A stretch of 64,000 bases of DNA, from assembly GCA_963777505.1 (NCBI GenBank), contig CAVZQN010000004.1, positions 192,001 through 256,000 on the forward strand. The letters are read 5' to 3'. This DNA comes from an uncultured bacterium. GTDB taxonomy: Bacteria; Acidobacteriota; HRBIN11; JAKEFK01. The position numbers and the translations under genes are program-made. Below are positions 30,954 through 41,963 of this stretch, in pieces; the first letter of the stretch is position 1, and every line of letters begins with the position of its first letter. The notes under the pieces were generated by a model. The model was not told the origin of the DNA, did not search any database, and saw only the letters and a program-made list of their open reading frames with translations.

Positions 30954-32912
30954 TTACCGTTTTCTGGATGCACGTTCATTCGAATCGTTTGAATAGGTAA
31001 ACACACCGCGATCCGTTCCTGCCAACAAAAATTGTTTGTTCGCAGGGTCACGTAAAATAGTCCAAACAGCGAATGGTCCAGGCCCATTCCCTCCGAAACG
31101 ATTCCAGTTTTCTCCGCCGTCTTTTGTAACAAACACGCCTGCTTCTCCGGCTACATACAATTCATTTGATTCTTTGTTTCCAAAGTAAAGTGAATTGAGC
31201 CATCCATCCGGCAGACCCGTACTTTTCTTCGACCAATTGATGCCGCCATCGATACTTTTGAAGACTGAAGTATAAGTGCTCACGTACAAAACTTTTGGAT
31301 TCATTTCATCAAAAACGATATCGCGGATTGATGTATGATCGAGGCCTTTGATCGAATGCCATTCAGTTCCGCCATTTTCGCTGCGGTAAAGTGTTCCGCC
31401 TCCGGTTCCGGCAAACACACGATCTTTATCCGATGGATGAACAGCAATTGTCCATATATCTTTTTCAACCACGCCTTTGTTTATCAATTTCCATGTTTTG
31501 CCCTGGTCCATGCTTTTAGCAATTCCCTGTGGAATTGATTTTTCGTTTTGTTTCATAAAAGGCGCAACATAAATGATTTGTGGATCAGAAGGATCAAACG
31601 CTACGCATCGGCTGCAGCCGTAATTCACACCGGAGTAGGGGCTTCGGATTTGCCATGTCTTTCCGCCGTCCTGGCTCAAGCTTAAAGCACCTCCCGATTT
31701 TCTATAGCCTGCAACAACAATGAGATTCGATTTCTTAGGATGCATTGTCAGATCACTGACCCAGAAAGTAGATCCCTGGCCCTTCAGAAAAAGATCCCAA
31801 GTCTTTCCGCTGTCACGTGATTCAAATGCTTGCTGTCCGCCTACTGCAAAGAATCTACCTGATTTTGAAGGATCCGCAGCCAGCCGGACAATATTTAACG
31901 CGTCCAGTCTTTCATTTACAGTTTCCCAGGATCTGCCTGAATCCATTGAGCGGAATATTCCTCCGCCGAAACCTCCAACAAAGACGATCTGCGGATTCAG
32001 CGGATGAACAGCGACGCCTAATAAGATCCCGCTTAAAAATGGATGAGGAGTAAACCATTGCCATGATTTTCCTGCGTCCATGCTTCGTACAGCACCTTGA
32101 CCCACGCCAAAGACCTGATCGGTTTTGGATGGATGAACCGCAAAGCTCCATATATAGCACTCACACCGGCGGGACGTCCAATTCTTTCCTGAATTTAAAG
32201 TGCGGAAAATTCCATTAGCTCCCCCGGCATAAAGCACGACACTGTCCTTCGGGTCAATTGTCAGAGCATGCACTTCTTCATTTAACTTTAATCCATGATT
32301 CGCAGCCTGCCATGACTCCCCTTCATTGGACGTTCTATAAACGATCCGGTTTGGTAGCAGTACATACGCAACTTTTCCGTTATTTGGATCAACTTCTATT
32401 TGAGGCAAATCCGAGCAACACTCAGTATTGGTTTTCCACTTCAAACCTTTATTAATTTGATTCCATGTCAAACCGCTATCCTGACTTTTGTAAACGCCGT
32501 TGTAAAAAGTCACTGCATAAATCGTTTTCGGGTTCTCTGGATGAAATTCCATGTCATGGAAAAAATCACCTACGAAAGGATAACGTGAATACAATTTCCA
32601 TGTTTCTCCATCATCCGAACTTTGAAAAACACCCATAGACGAACTTGCAGCAAGAATTGATGAATCATTCAGCCGGTGAATTCTGACCACATATTCTCCG
32701 CCGGCAACGTTTACGCGTTTCCATGTTTTTCCTGTATCCGCGCTTCTAAATAATCCTTCAAGTCCGCTTGCAAAAATTAAGTTTGCTTTTGCTGGATGAA
32801 ACGCAAACGACTGAAATGATCCACCATAAGGTCCTCTGTTATCCCACGTCTCCGCATCTAACATCGAGACGCTCACAAACATTAGTAGTACGAAAACGAT
32901 GGATCGACTCAT
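30954..32912 (-). CDS. Secreted BNR/Asp-box beta-propeller protein (YCF48/VPS10-like)
   Basis: Signal peptide, GPYGG, repeated SxDxGxTW. Confidence 0.82.
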   Translation of the reverse strand: MSRSIVFVLLMFVSVSMLDAETWDNRGPYGGSFQSFAFHPAKANLIFASGLEGLFRSADTGKTWKRVNVAGGEYVVRIHRLNDSSILAASSSMGVFQSSDDGETWKLYSRYPFVGDFFHDMEFHPENPKTIYAVTFYNGVYKSQDSGLTWNQINKGLKWKTNTECCSDLPQIEVDPNNGKVAYVLLPNRIVYRTSNEGESWQAANHGLKLNEEVHALTIDPKDSVVLYAGGANGIFRTLNSGKNWTSRRCECYIWSFAVHPSKTDQVFGVGQGAVRSMDAGKSWQWFTPHPFLSGILLGVAVHPLNPQIVFVGGFGGGIFRSMDSGRSWETVNERLDALNIVRLAADPSKSGRFFAVGGQQAFESRDSGKTWDLFLKGQGSTFWVSDLTMHPKKSNLIVVAGYRKSGGALSLSQDGGKTWQIRSPYSGVNYGCSRCVAFDPSDPQIIYVAPFMKQNEKSIPQGIAKSMDQGKTWKLINKGVVEKDIWTIAVHPSDKDRVFAGTGGGTLYRSENGGTEWHSIKGLDHTSIRDIVFDEMNPKVLYVSTYTSVFKSIDGGINWSKKSTGLPDGWLNSLYFGNKESNELYVAGEAGVFVTKDGGENWNRFGGNGPGPFAVWTILRDPANKQFLLAGTDRGVFTYSNDSNERASRKR

Positions 32913-32934
32913 ATAAATCTCTGTGCCTCTGCGG

Positions 32935-35589
32935 TTAGATGCTAGGGCCGAACATAACACCATTCATGAAAAGTTTGTTTAAACCTTCCCATGCCGCGCG
33001 AAAATTTGGATTTTCTGAAAACAGAATTACGTGACCTTCTCCTAGAGATTCTTCCGTCAAATATGCTTTTTTCTCAAGCCGCTTTTTTGTAATATCCCAG
33101 AATAATCCCCCAATCTTTAACGTTTCAGCGCTTGTATATGCGGCAACGGGTTTGTGATCAGGAGGAACTGAAAACACGTTTGAAGAATTAACAAAGACTG
33201 CTAGTTCTTCATTTTCATATCCGTAGGAAAGAAAATGTTTTAGATACAGCTTCACACGAGCAATTGAACCCAGAATATAATCGGGACTTTCAGTTGCTTT
33301 TTTTTCTTTCTCCTCTTCTTTGTCTTTTTCCGTGTCCTCAACCGGTTCCGCCGAATCTTTAATGAATTTTTTGATCGGTTTTATATCCGTTAGTTCTCCA
33401 TTTTTGCCAAGAAATGCTGCAGCACCTTGAATTGCTATCAGAGTACCCCCAAGCTCTACCCAGGTTTTTAGTTGTTGTACTCCTGATTTCCCTAATACTG
33501 ATTCATAACCGCCATATAAATTACTTTCATCAGGGAGAATGATTACGTTGTAATCCTTCAGATTAATGAACTTTAAATAAAACGCCTGCATCGGTGTAAA
33601 TTCCAGATCATATGTCTGATCGAACATATAAAAGATTTCACCGTATGAGTACGAATCAGTTGGCATATTCATAACAACGAGAACTTTTGGTTGTTTCAAA
33701 AAGACAACATCGTTACTTCCGAAATCCGGCCCTTGTTCGGTCCATCCAGTTTGTGCTGTTGAAAACTCGGCTCCAGTTTTTTGTACAACTTCGGAAATGA
33801 CCGAATTGAGAGTGGTCAAATTGTCTTTCACTTTAATAATGAAGGATCCTGCGCGGTATACTCGGCCATTTAGAGTGAATGGTTTGGTGGTAAAGTGCAC
33901 ACGCACATTTCGTTTCAATAATTCGTTTGCAGTTTTTAGATCCTGATTCGAACGATATTCAAGTAAATATGCGTACGTGGCCTGTGGGACCGGTATTGTC
34001 TTTTTTGCAATGCTTTTGATCGGTTGAATTGCAGTTGTTGTTCTGGATGATGACCAATACGTATCCAGCCCCATGGCAAGTGGCATTGACCACGCAGTAA
34101 TGTCATAGAGTTCGGTTGGTTCGTCTTCTTCGCGTCTCTTTGCTTCCGCTTCCAGAAAACTTTTTTCGAAGAGTGATTCTTTTTCAAACATCACCTGAAT
34201 TAAGCGTTTTAATGGTTGTTCGAGCGGGATGATGTAATCGCCGGATTGAAATTCTATAGTTTCAGGTTTGTCTTTGAAGTATGAATGTACGGTTGCGTTG
34301 AAAGAAGATTGAGCTTGTTTCACTTCAATTCCGTGAAATAACAAAATTTCCAAAGCACGATCTGCCTGCCCTGGATCAGTGGATCTGCGGATGATGTATT
34401 CACGGATGGGACCTGTTTTCCCTTCTTGAATTGCAGACGTATAAAAGTTGTAAAAGTCCTGCAATTTTTCCTTTCGATTTGCGGAAGACATTTTGCAAGT
34501 CGCAAGAGAAGAAAGAAAGTGATGAAAGACTGCGTCTTTGTAGTGTACGACCACGCCGTCGGTGCGCCGGACAACCAACCCGCGAACGCTTCCTTGTTCA
34601 AAGGTTCCCGAAATTGCGCCATTGTAAGTCGGCCAGCTATCACCGTAACCTGGATACCAGAAATCGAAACCTTCTTGCGTATAGTATTCAATTCCAAATC
34701 GATCGAACTCCGCTGCAATTGATTTGCCGAGTTTGTTCCACCATTCGGGTAAAGTCTTTGGAAGGTTTGGATTTTGTGGGTATGTTGGCGGGGGGAAAAA
34801 GTACGTGGCATTTTCGCCCATCTCGTGAACGTCAACGTAAACGTGAGGCTGATAACGTTGATATGCTTTTATTCGTGCTCTTGTTTCAATTTGTGAAAGA
34901 ACAGTCCAGTCACGATTCATATCGAATAGGTGATGGTTCGTTCTTCCGCTGGGCCAAACTTCGTTATGCTCAGCAGCATTCTGATCAGCATTTGGATGTT
35001 TGCCAGATGTTGTATAAAAATAATGAATGAATCTTTCGCGGCCATCAGGATTTTGCATCGGGTCAACAATCACAATTGAATTGCGCATGATTTCTTTTGT
35101 TTCAGCATCCTGGGCCGCAAGTAAGTAATAAATGATTGCAAGGCCTGCTTCCACACCGGAATGTTCGTTTCCATGAACTGAGTAACTTAAACCAACAAAG
35201 ACTGGATTCTTTTCAATAATTTGTTTTGCATCATCCGTTGAAACAACACGCGGGTCCGTCAACCTTAAATTTGCCTGCCGATATTCTTCAAGCCGCTCCA
35301 TATTTTCTTTGGAAGAAAGGACTACATAATAAAGAGACCTTCCTTCGTACGTTTTGCCAATCGTTTCAACTTTGATTTGAGACGTCGCTTTCGATAGCGC
35401 ATTCAGATACGTTTCCATATCGCGATGCCTGGTGATGTGTTCACCGAAGTCGTAACCCAAAACTGACTGAATCGTGGGAATGGATGGATCAAAAGTTTTT
35501 CCCATCCGCTGGAGAACCGGAGTTTCATCGGCAGAAGCGTAGCTTACAAAAAACAGCAATAAAATAATGAGATATCGGCGTATTTGCAT
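32935..35589 (-). CDS. M14 zinc carboxypeptidase with C-terminal class I GATase-like domain
   Basis: SVHGNE, QNPDG, DMNRDW, DVHEMG. Confidence 0.9.
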   Translation of the reverse strand: MQIRRYLIILLLFFVSYASADETPVLQRMGKTFDPSIPTIQSVLGYDFGEHITRHRDMETYLNALSKATSQIKVETIGKTYEGRSLYYVVLSSKENMERLEEYRQANLRLTDPRVVSTDDAKQIIEKNPVFVGLSYSVHGNEHSGVEAGLAIIYYLLAAQDAETKEIMRNSIVIVDPMQNPDGRERFIHYFYTTSGKHPNADQNAAEHNEVWPSGRTNHHLFDMNRDWTVLSQIETRARIKAYQRYQPHVYVDVHEMGENATYFFPPPTYPQNPNLPKTLPEWWNKLGKSIAAEFDRFGIEYYTQEGFDFWYPGYGDSWPTYNGAISGTFEQGSVRGLVVRRTDGVVVHYKDAVFHHFLSSLATCKMSSANRKEKLQDFYNFYTSAIQEGKTGPIREYIIRRSTDPGQADRALEILLFHGIEVKQAQSSFNATVHSYFKDKPETIEFQSGDYIIPLEQPLKRLIQVMFEKESLFEKSFLEAEAKRREEDEPTELYDITAWSMPLAMGLDTYWSSSRTTTAIQPIKSIAKKTIPVPQATYAYLLEYRSNQDLKTANELLKRNVRVHFTTKPFTLNGRVYRAGSFIIKVKDNLTTLNSVISEVVQKTGAEFSTAQTGWTEQGPDFGSNDVVFLKQPKVLVVMNMPTDSYSYGEIFYMFDQTYDLEFTPMQAFYLKFINLKDYNVIILPDESNLYGGYESVLGKSGVQQLKTWVELGGTLIAIQGAAAFLGKNGELTDIKPIKKFIKDSAEPVEDTEKDKEEEKEKKATESPDYILGSIARVKLYLKHFLSYGYENEELAVFVNSSNVFSVPPDHKPVAAYTSAETLKIGGLFWDITKKRLEKKAYLTEESLGEGHVILFSENPNFRAAWEGLNKLFMNGVMFGPSI

Positions 35590-35675
35590 CAACAACTCCC
35601 GGCTCAAGGTTTTTTGACAAGATTCTCTATTGTATAAGCAATTGTGGAAATGCTTTGTGTCTCTGTGGTTTGTGT

Positions 35676-36632
35676 TTAACGGGTCCCGATGACAGTATTT
35701 GGAAAGATGTCGCGTGATTCGCGAAGGAAAACATGTTCCAATCCCGCATAACGCCGCGAAAAATGGAATAGATGAAGCATCTTAACGCCGGCTTCACGTG
35801 CAATCATCGCAGCCTGAACCGTTGTCAGGTGATGCGTTCTCGTAGCGCGATCTTCATCCTGTTTTAAGAATGAGGATTCACAAAACAGATGATCCGCACC
35901 CTGTGCTAAATCAATCATCTTTGGAATATTTTCTCCTTGATAAATTGCATCGGTGATGTAGGCGATCGAATAACCTTTGGAGTGATACAGCAAAGATTTT
36001 CTAAGTTCAGCAATATCGTGTGTTTGTTCACCGATGGAAATTGATCCGCTTTCGCGGGATTTCAGCTCTTTGATCCATGGACCTGCTTCAAACCCGGTAT
36101 TTGCAAGCGCATCTTCATCCACTTTCCATTGATCCTGCGTAAAGAGTCTGTATCCAATTGAAGTGATGCTGAGATGTTGAAGCGCCTGATGCCGAAAGCT
36201 CCAATCATCTCGTGGATCGAGCACTGGATCTTCAGCTTGCTGCTCTTCCAGCTGATATTTTTTTTGCGGAAGTAGTTGAAAGGAACGTAGCGGATCGAGT
36301 TCAGTAACTCGATATTGAAGATATACGGTATCAGCGAGATTCCAAACGTATCCATGAATCTTGTGATAAACATGTTCGGCCGTGCCTTGCGGTCCGATGA
36401 TATGAAGCGTATTGGTACTTCCCAGATGCACGCGCATCCAGGAATCGAAGCCGATGAAATGATCCAGATGTGTATGCGAGAGAAATAAGAAACGAGCGCG
36501 AAGCAATCGAGCGTGACCTAAATGTTGATTACCGCAATCTAACAAAAATGAATGCGGAAGGTTTGCGGGTTCTACATAGAGACACGGATCTCCTGTTGCT
36601 CCAGATCCAAGTGTAAAGATAGCTCGTTCCAT
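35676..36632 (-). CDS. RNase Z-like metallo-beta-lactamase fold hydrolase
   Basis: SHTHLDHFIG, YITD, HHLT, HFSRRY. Confidence 0.82.
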   Translation of the reverse strand: MERAIFTLGSGATGDPCLYVEPANLPHSFLLDCGNQHLGHARLLRARFLFLSHTHLDHFIGFDSWMRVHLGSTNTLHIIGPQGTAEHVYHKIHGYVWNLADTVYLQYRVTELDPLRSFQLLPQKKYQLEEQQAEDPVLDPRDDWSFRHQALQHLSITSIGYRLFTQDQWKVDEDALANTGFEAGPWIKELKSRESGSISIGEQTHDIAELRKSLLYHSKGYSIAYITDAIYQGENIPKMIDLAQGADHLFCESSFLKQDEDRATRTHHLTTVQAAMIAREAGVKMLHLFHFSRRYAGLEHVFLRESRDIFPNTVIGTR

Positions 36633-36651
36633 TTGAACTGCTGCTTAAAAT

Positions 36652-37479
36652 TTATTGCTTAAGTACATCACCCATGCTTAGAATCGTTTTTCCATCTGTG
36701 ATGATTGTCTTAACTCCCGGAGCAAGCTTCTGAACATATTCATATTGAATCAATGCAGGATTAGCGGCGAGTACCTGTGCTTTCAAACGAATTGATTCGG
36801 CCTCACCCTGAGCTTCGATGATCTTTCGATCTTTTTCCTGTCTCTCTTTTTCCAACACATATTGCATCCTTTGAGCTTCCTGCTGCGCAATTTGTTTTTG
36901 CTCGATCGCCTTTTCGAACTCAGGTGAGAACCGGATATTTCTGATCAGGATCTCATCAAGAATCAAATAACTTGCCTGGAACTTTTTCTTTATATTGCTC
37001 TGTGTTTGGTTCTGAATCTCACTTCTTTTTTCTGTGTATACTTCCGTCACAGGATAAGCCGATACCGCCAGACGGATTTGATTCCGGACCTCAGGACGAA
37101 CGACTTTGTTGATGTAATCCGGGCCAATTTCGCGGTGCAAATTTGGCAGACGGGTAGGATCGATGTGAAAACGAACTGATAAGTCCATTTTTACGATCTG
37201 TCCGTCTTTGGTCAGAGTTTCAATCGCATCATCTCCCTTCGGCTCTCCTTCGGCATATGTTGCTGCCATTGTGTAAGTCAGAACACGTGTGTCGTACGCT
37301 ACTGATTTTTGGAGACCAGGGATCAAAAGATTAGTTCCAGGATAACGTGACGAGAGTTTCCCGGTAACCTGGTTAAATATGACCGCCATTTCGCCGGCGC
37401 CGATGATCAGGACGGTGTTGGCCAGAATCCAAATGATTAGAATGGCCAATGCCCCGAGAATAACAAGTCTGTATTTCAT
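36652..37479 (-). CDS. SPFH/prohibitin family protein
   Basis: N-terminal TM, TKDGQ, FSPEFEKAIEQKQIAQQEA, IIEAQGEA; AGGAGG RBS. Confidence 0.92.
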   Translation of the reverse strand: MKYRLVILGALAILIIWILANTVLIIGAGEMAVIFNQVTGKLSSRYPGTNLLIPGLQKSVAYDTRVLTYTMAATYAEGEPKGDDAIETLTKDGQIVKMDLSVRFHIDPTRLPNLHREIGPDYINKVVRPEVRNQIRLAVSAYPVTEVYTEKRSEIQNQTQSNIKKKFQASYLILDEILIRNIRFSPEFEKAIEQKQIAQQEAQRMQYVLEKERQEKDRKIIEAQGEAESIRLKAQVLAANPALIQYEYVQKLAPGVKTIITDGKTILSMGDVLKQ

Positions 37480-37647
37480 AGCTCCTCCTAAGGTGCCGCT
37501 TCCCTAATTATTTCACTATTTTAGATGGTAAGGCATCGAAAGATCAGAGAGTTATAATACGAGGGAATTTAGAGGCATGCTAGCCGAGTCCCGACACAGG
37601 TTTGTAAGTCCCTTGAAACACGAACCAAGAATTAGTTCAATATATAT

Positions 37648-39705
37648 ATGATGCTTTTGATGTATAAGCTTTTCACCGGTGTCTTTTTGAAACTCAATTC
37701 AACAAAACTTCTAAAATTCATTTTGGCTTCGCTGTTGATTTCAACTGTTAGTTCTGCTGCAGATGTGGCATACGTTTCGATTGTTGGCGGCAACGAAGAA
37801 TCTCTTCTAGAGCAGAAGGATTTGAAACTGGAAGTTGATGGAAAAGAAATTCCAATAAAAGAATTTTTCTATGTTGATACACTTCATCCAAAACAGCGGA
37901 CTCTGCTGCATCCAGCAGGCAGAAGACAGCATGTTATTGTTCTGGATCTCGTTCTAAGCAAAGCAGACGATATTGTTAAAGCCAGAGCAATGATGGAGGA
38001 ACTTTCTTCGAAGGCTCCTGAACAGGATTTATTCGCCATGGCTGCGATTACACAAGTGGATGGTTTGCGATGGTTTTGTCATTTAACTTCGGACAGAAAT
38101 CAGATTCGCGCAGCATGGAATTCTATCTCTAAAGAAAAGGCGTCCGGTTTTGATGAAGGGCCTGAAGGAAATTTATATTCATCAAAGTTTGCAGGAACAG
38201 TTCCGGTTCAACAAATCAGTGAAGACTCTTTTAGAAAAAACCTTGCAACGTTTGCGCCGAAGGCAACCGATCAGGATCGATTCATTGTCGTTCAAGGCCT
38301 GGTAGACATTGCTTACTTACTTTCCACGATTGAGGGCCGAAAGAATGTATATCTGTTTAGCCCGGGTCTGGATGCAAAAGGTTTAAGCGTCAATCTGGAT
38401 CTTGATCGCAGAAAAAAGGGAGAAACGCAGCAAGCGGCTGCTGCAAATGATCCAACAACATTTGATAGCATGGCGACACCGACCAGAGATATTGAGGAAC
38501 TTGCAAAGCAGGGTCCGTCGCGACGTCCACGTGAAACGGGTGTTGAAATTATTCCGGAACTTTATTCTGGAACCGATGCTCATGTCCATGTAATTTCGTC
38601 ATCAGCAGAAAGAAATGGATTTCTCGAAGATCTCACTTCTAAGACGACGGGAGTCTATTTTGATGGCGTTTTGGATACTACACGCGTGTTAAACTCCGAT
38701 CGCTTTTATTACGTCATAAGCTGGGAAGAAATGGAAACTGAAAAGACTTTGAATTCTTTGAAGGTTTCATCAGGCAACCGGGAAATACAGGCTTCAAATA
38801 AATGGTTAGCTCCAAAATATTTTGCAGAATACACACGCGACGAAAAAAGAGCGATGATTTCGGAAGCTGTTTTTAAGGATTATGGCCAACAACAACCTGA
38901 TGTAAATTTTTGGGCTGATTTTTATTTTGAAGAAGGCCTGAACAAGATTCCTGCCTTTACTCAAATATCGGGAAGTAAACTTTTGAAAGGCAATCAGGAA
39001 TCACGCGTTCTGGAAATTTACGGTTATGTAATTGATTCAGATCAAAAGATTGTTGATTTCCGTTCATCAGTCGTTGAAATGGATCTTACAAATAAAAAGC
39101 TGCGCGAACGGCTTGAAAAATCCGGAGTCAAAGTCTGGCAAATCCTGTTAGGCAGTACGAAGCCGATGAAAATCCGCTGGATTGTTTTAGATGGTCAGTC
39201 CGGAGAAATTATGACTCATTCAATGGCCTTCGATGTTAAAGAAACTGAAATGACGATGAGCAATCCTTTTGTACCATCTACCGATATGCAATGGATTATC
39301 TGGCCAAAACCTACTGATCAACTAGGACATCGCGGCGTTAATCTTCGATATCCATATAGTACTGGTGATGGTGTTTTCTTTCCGGAGTTAGCGCCTGTTG
39401 TTAATACTAATGATAAAAGCCGCGTTGTTTACTTCAAAATTTATAACCTTTTGCCGGAGAGCCAGAATCCACCGGTGCGGTTTCATTTACTTGATTCCCA
39501 GGGCAAAGCTTCTGAAGTGATGGAATTCAACCTTCTGAAAAAGCCCTCACAAATTGAGCACCAGGGATTGGAGTTGTTCTGGACTGTAAATGCTTTTCCG
39601 AATGTGCAGCCGGGTGAATATCGATTACGAGTGGACATTAAAGAGCCTGCAGGGAAAACTGGAATAGCTGCAGAAATCCCTAAATTTCAATTGAAGGAAT
39701 TCTAA
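37648..39705 (+). CDS. Secreted VWFA-related domain protein, paralog 1 (start uncertain)
   Basis: VLDLVLS, IEGRKNVYLFSPG; shares HPAGRRQ, GPxGNLYS, LRERL..SGVKVW, WPKP, ELFW with the next gene. Confidence 0.65.
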   Translation: MMLLMYKLFTGVFLKLNSTKLLKFILASLLISTVSSAADVAYVSIVGGNEESLLEQKDLKLEVDGKEIPIKEFFYVDTLHPKQRTLLHPAGRRQHVIVLDLVLSKADDIVKARAMMEELSSKAPEQDLFAMAAITQVDGLRWFCHLTSDRNQIRAAWNSISKEKASGFDEGPEGNLYSSKFAGTVPVQQISEDSFRKNLATFAPKATDQDRFIVVQGLVDIAYLLSTIEGRKNVYLFSPGLDAKGLSVNLDLDRRKKGETQQAAAANDPTTFDSMATPTRDIEELAKQGPSRRPRETGVEIIPELYSGTDAHVHVISSSAERNGFLEDLTSKTTGVYFDGVLDTTRVLNSDRFYYVISWEEMETEKTLNSLKVSSGNREIQASNKWLAPKYFAEYTRDEKRAMISEAVFKDYGQQQPDVNFWADFYFEEGLNKIPAFTQISGSKLLKGNQESRVLEIYGYVIDSDQKIVDFRSSVVEMDLTNKKLRERLEKSGVKVWQILLGSTKPMKIRWIVLDGQSGEIMTHSMAFDVKETEMTMSNPFVPSTDMQWIIWPKPTDQLGHRGVNLRYPYSTGDGVFFPELAPVVNTNDKSRVVYFKIYNLLPESQNPPVRFHLLDSQGKASEVMEFNLLKKPSQIEHQGLELFWTVNAFPNVQPGEYRLRVDIKEPAGKTGIAAEIPKFQLKEF

Positions 39706-39885
39706 TTGTATATTTATCCTGTATTGAGCCTTAGATACCGCGGAGGCGCAGAGGAGCAAGGGGCCAGAGAAACTATTCTCCTCCGCACCCCGGCTCCTCT
39801 CTCCTCGGCAGTATCCATAAGTACAGGTTTTTGTCTGTTTCCAGGTAGGGAAAAAAAGTAACCGTAGAACTTTTTAGGTGAAACT

Positions 39886-41905
39886 ATGAGAAAGAATTTG
39901 CTTCTGTTTTGTTTGCTATTGAGTTTCGCAATTTCAGTGCAAGCGGAAACTATGTACCTAACCGTGCTGGATTCGGGAGCATCGAAGAAAGAAGATGTAA
40001 TTGTTAAATTGGACAAAAAAGATACTTCTGTGTCCGATTTTATGGTTGTCGATGTTTCGAGCCGGACACCAGAAGTGTTATCTCATCCTGCAGGGCGGCG
40101 CCAGTATTTGCTTCTTTTCGATTTACTTCACAGCAAACCGGAAGAAATGGTACAAGCACGGAATTTCACCACGTGCCTTTCTTGAAAAAGTCGGGAAAGA
40201 TGATCTGGTTGCGGTTGCTGCAATTGGAAAAAAAACTGGCTTAAGATTTCTGAGTGGTTTTACTACAGACCGTAACAAAATAAATGCGGGGCTGAATTTT
40301 ATCGGAGTAGAAAAACTAGATGGTGTCTTGCAAGGCCCCGATGGAAATCTTTATTCACTTCAATTTGCACCTCAAGCTCATTCAGTCGCATTAATTCCTG
40401 AAGATAAATTCGTTGGGAATGTCACCTTAGCTATTGGCAGTGCGGATGACAAAAACAAAATAGATACAGTCTCACTTTTTGTTGGTGCATTCAGCGATCT
40501 TGCCCTTTCACTTGCAAGTGTTGAAGGCCGTAAAAACGTAATTTTGTTCAGCCCTGGTTTTGATACGAAAGGAGCGAAGATTCAGGTCATGGAAGAAAAT
40601 TTTTCCGATCAATATGTTGACTCCTCAATTCGGTCTGATACTTACATTAACACTCCTGAAGAAGAACGAGCCGAAGAAGAAGCGCGAAGAAAACAACAAC
40701 GTGAAAGTGTTCCAGCCGGTCCAGCCGTTCAAGTAGAAGGAATTCCTGAATTCGTTGCCGGAACTTTTACGTCTGTACAAATGATCAGCCCTATCGGACA
40801 GGAATTCGATTTCTTTAAGAAGTTAACAGCACATAATGGCGGTCTTTATCTGCGGCAAATTCAGGATCCTGCAGCGGCAGTCGATCAGATTCTAAATGTA
40901 GATAAGAAATATTGGGTCATTGGTTTTGATGGAAAAACGGAACGTGAATTCAAAAAAGCACACGATCTAAAAATAACATCGGCCGGCCGCGATATTCCTA
41001 CTGTTGGCTGGGTCGCTCCACGGCCTTTTGCAAACTATACACAGGTTGAACGCCGCCTTCATTTATCGGAAGCGATCTACAAAAATTATGATTCACCTGC
41101 AGGCGGTGAAAAGTTCTGGTCTGATGTTGTATTCCAACAAGGACAACCGCGTGTGCCAGTCTTTGCGCAATTGCCCGGCACAGGTTTGATCAAAAAAGAC
41201 ATCGACAATCTGGCGCTTGAGTTCTACAGCTTCTTAGTAAATGCTGATGGAGTGATTGTTGATTTTGCAGCTATACCAGTACGAATGGATTTGAAAAATA
41301 AACAATTGCGCGAACGCTTAAGTCAATCAGGCGTAAAAGTGTGGAGCCAGCTCCTTGGCAATCCTGGCCCTGCCACCGTTCGATGCGTTCTGGTTGATTC
41401 AACTTTTGGGGATACGATCACATTTACAAATCCGATCGATATACAAAATGCGGATTTAACTACCTCATACCCATTCTTTCCTGCAACAAATCTTCAATGG
41501 CTCGTTTGGCCTAAACCCCAGGATGGACAATCAAAACGCGGTGTACAACTGCAATATCCATATGAGATGGGATCCGATCAAATGTTTTTTCCGGATCTGA
41601 CTCCAAGTTTAAAAAAGGCAGAAAGCGGACAGGTCATTTATTTCAAGATTTATAACAAACCTGCAGGAGCTAAAAATCCTCCGATCACGCTGCAGCTCCA
41701 GGACCAAAGCGGTAAATCTACTGAAATTGAGCAATTTGCATTGATGCAGAACCCAAAAGACCTGGAACAGGGCGGTTTGGAATTATTCTGGAAACTACAG
41801 GCTATTCCGGATGTACCCCCTGGAACATATCAATTCAAGGTTAATATTAAAGATATGACCAAAAATAAGGAGGTCGTACGAACCATCCCAATGCTGGTAC
41901 AATAA
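39886..41905 (+). CDS. Secreted VWFA-related domain protein, paralog 2, frameshift near 40165-40175
   Basis: Signal peptide in ORF 39886..40185, continuing RAFLEKVGKDD in ORF 40001..41905; colinear with paralog 1. Confidence 0.7.
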
Positions 41906-41963
41906 AGACTCTCCTTTACGTTCGGACCAAGCTGGAAATAATTTTTTTAAAAAGAGGAAGGAT

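Noticed and set aside
39714-40016. 100-aa minus-strand ORF
   Set aside because: Spans a repeat and the antisense of the VWA paralog 2 start.
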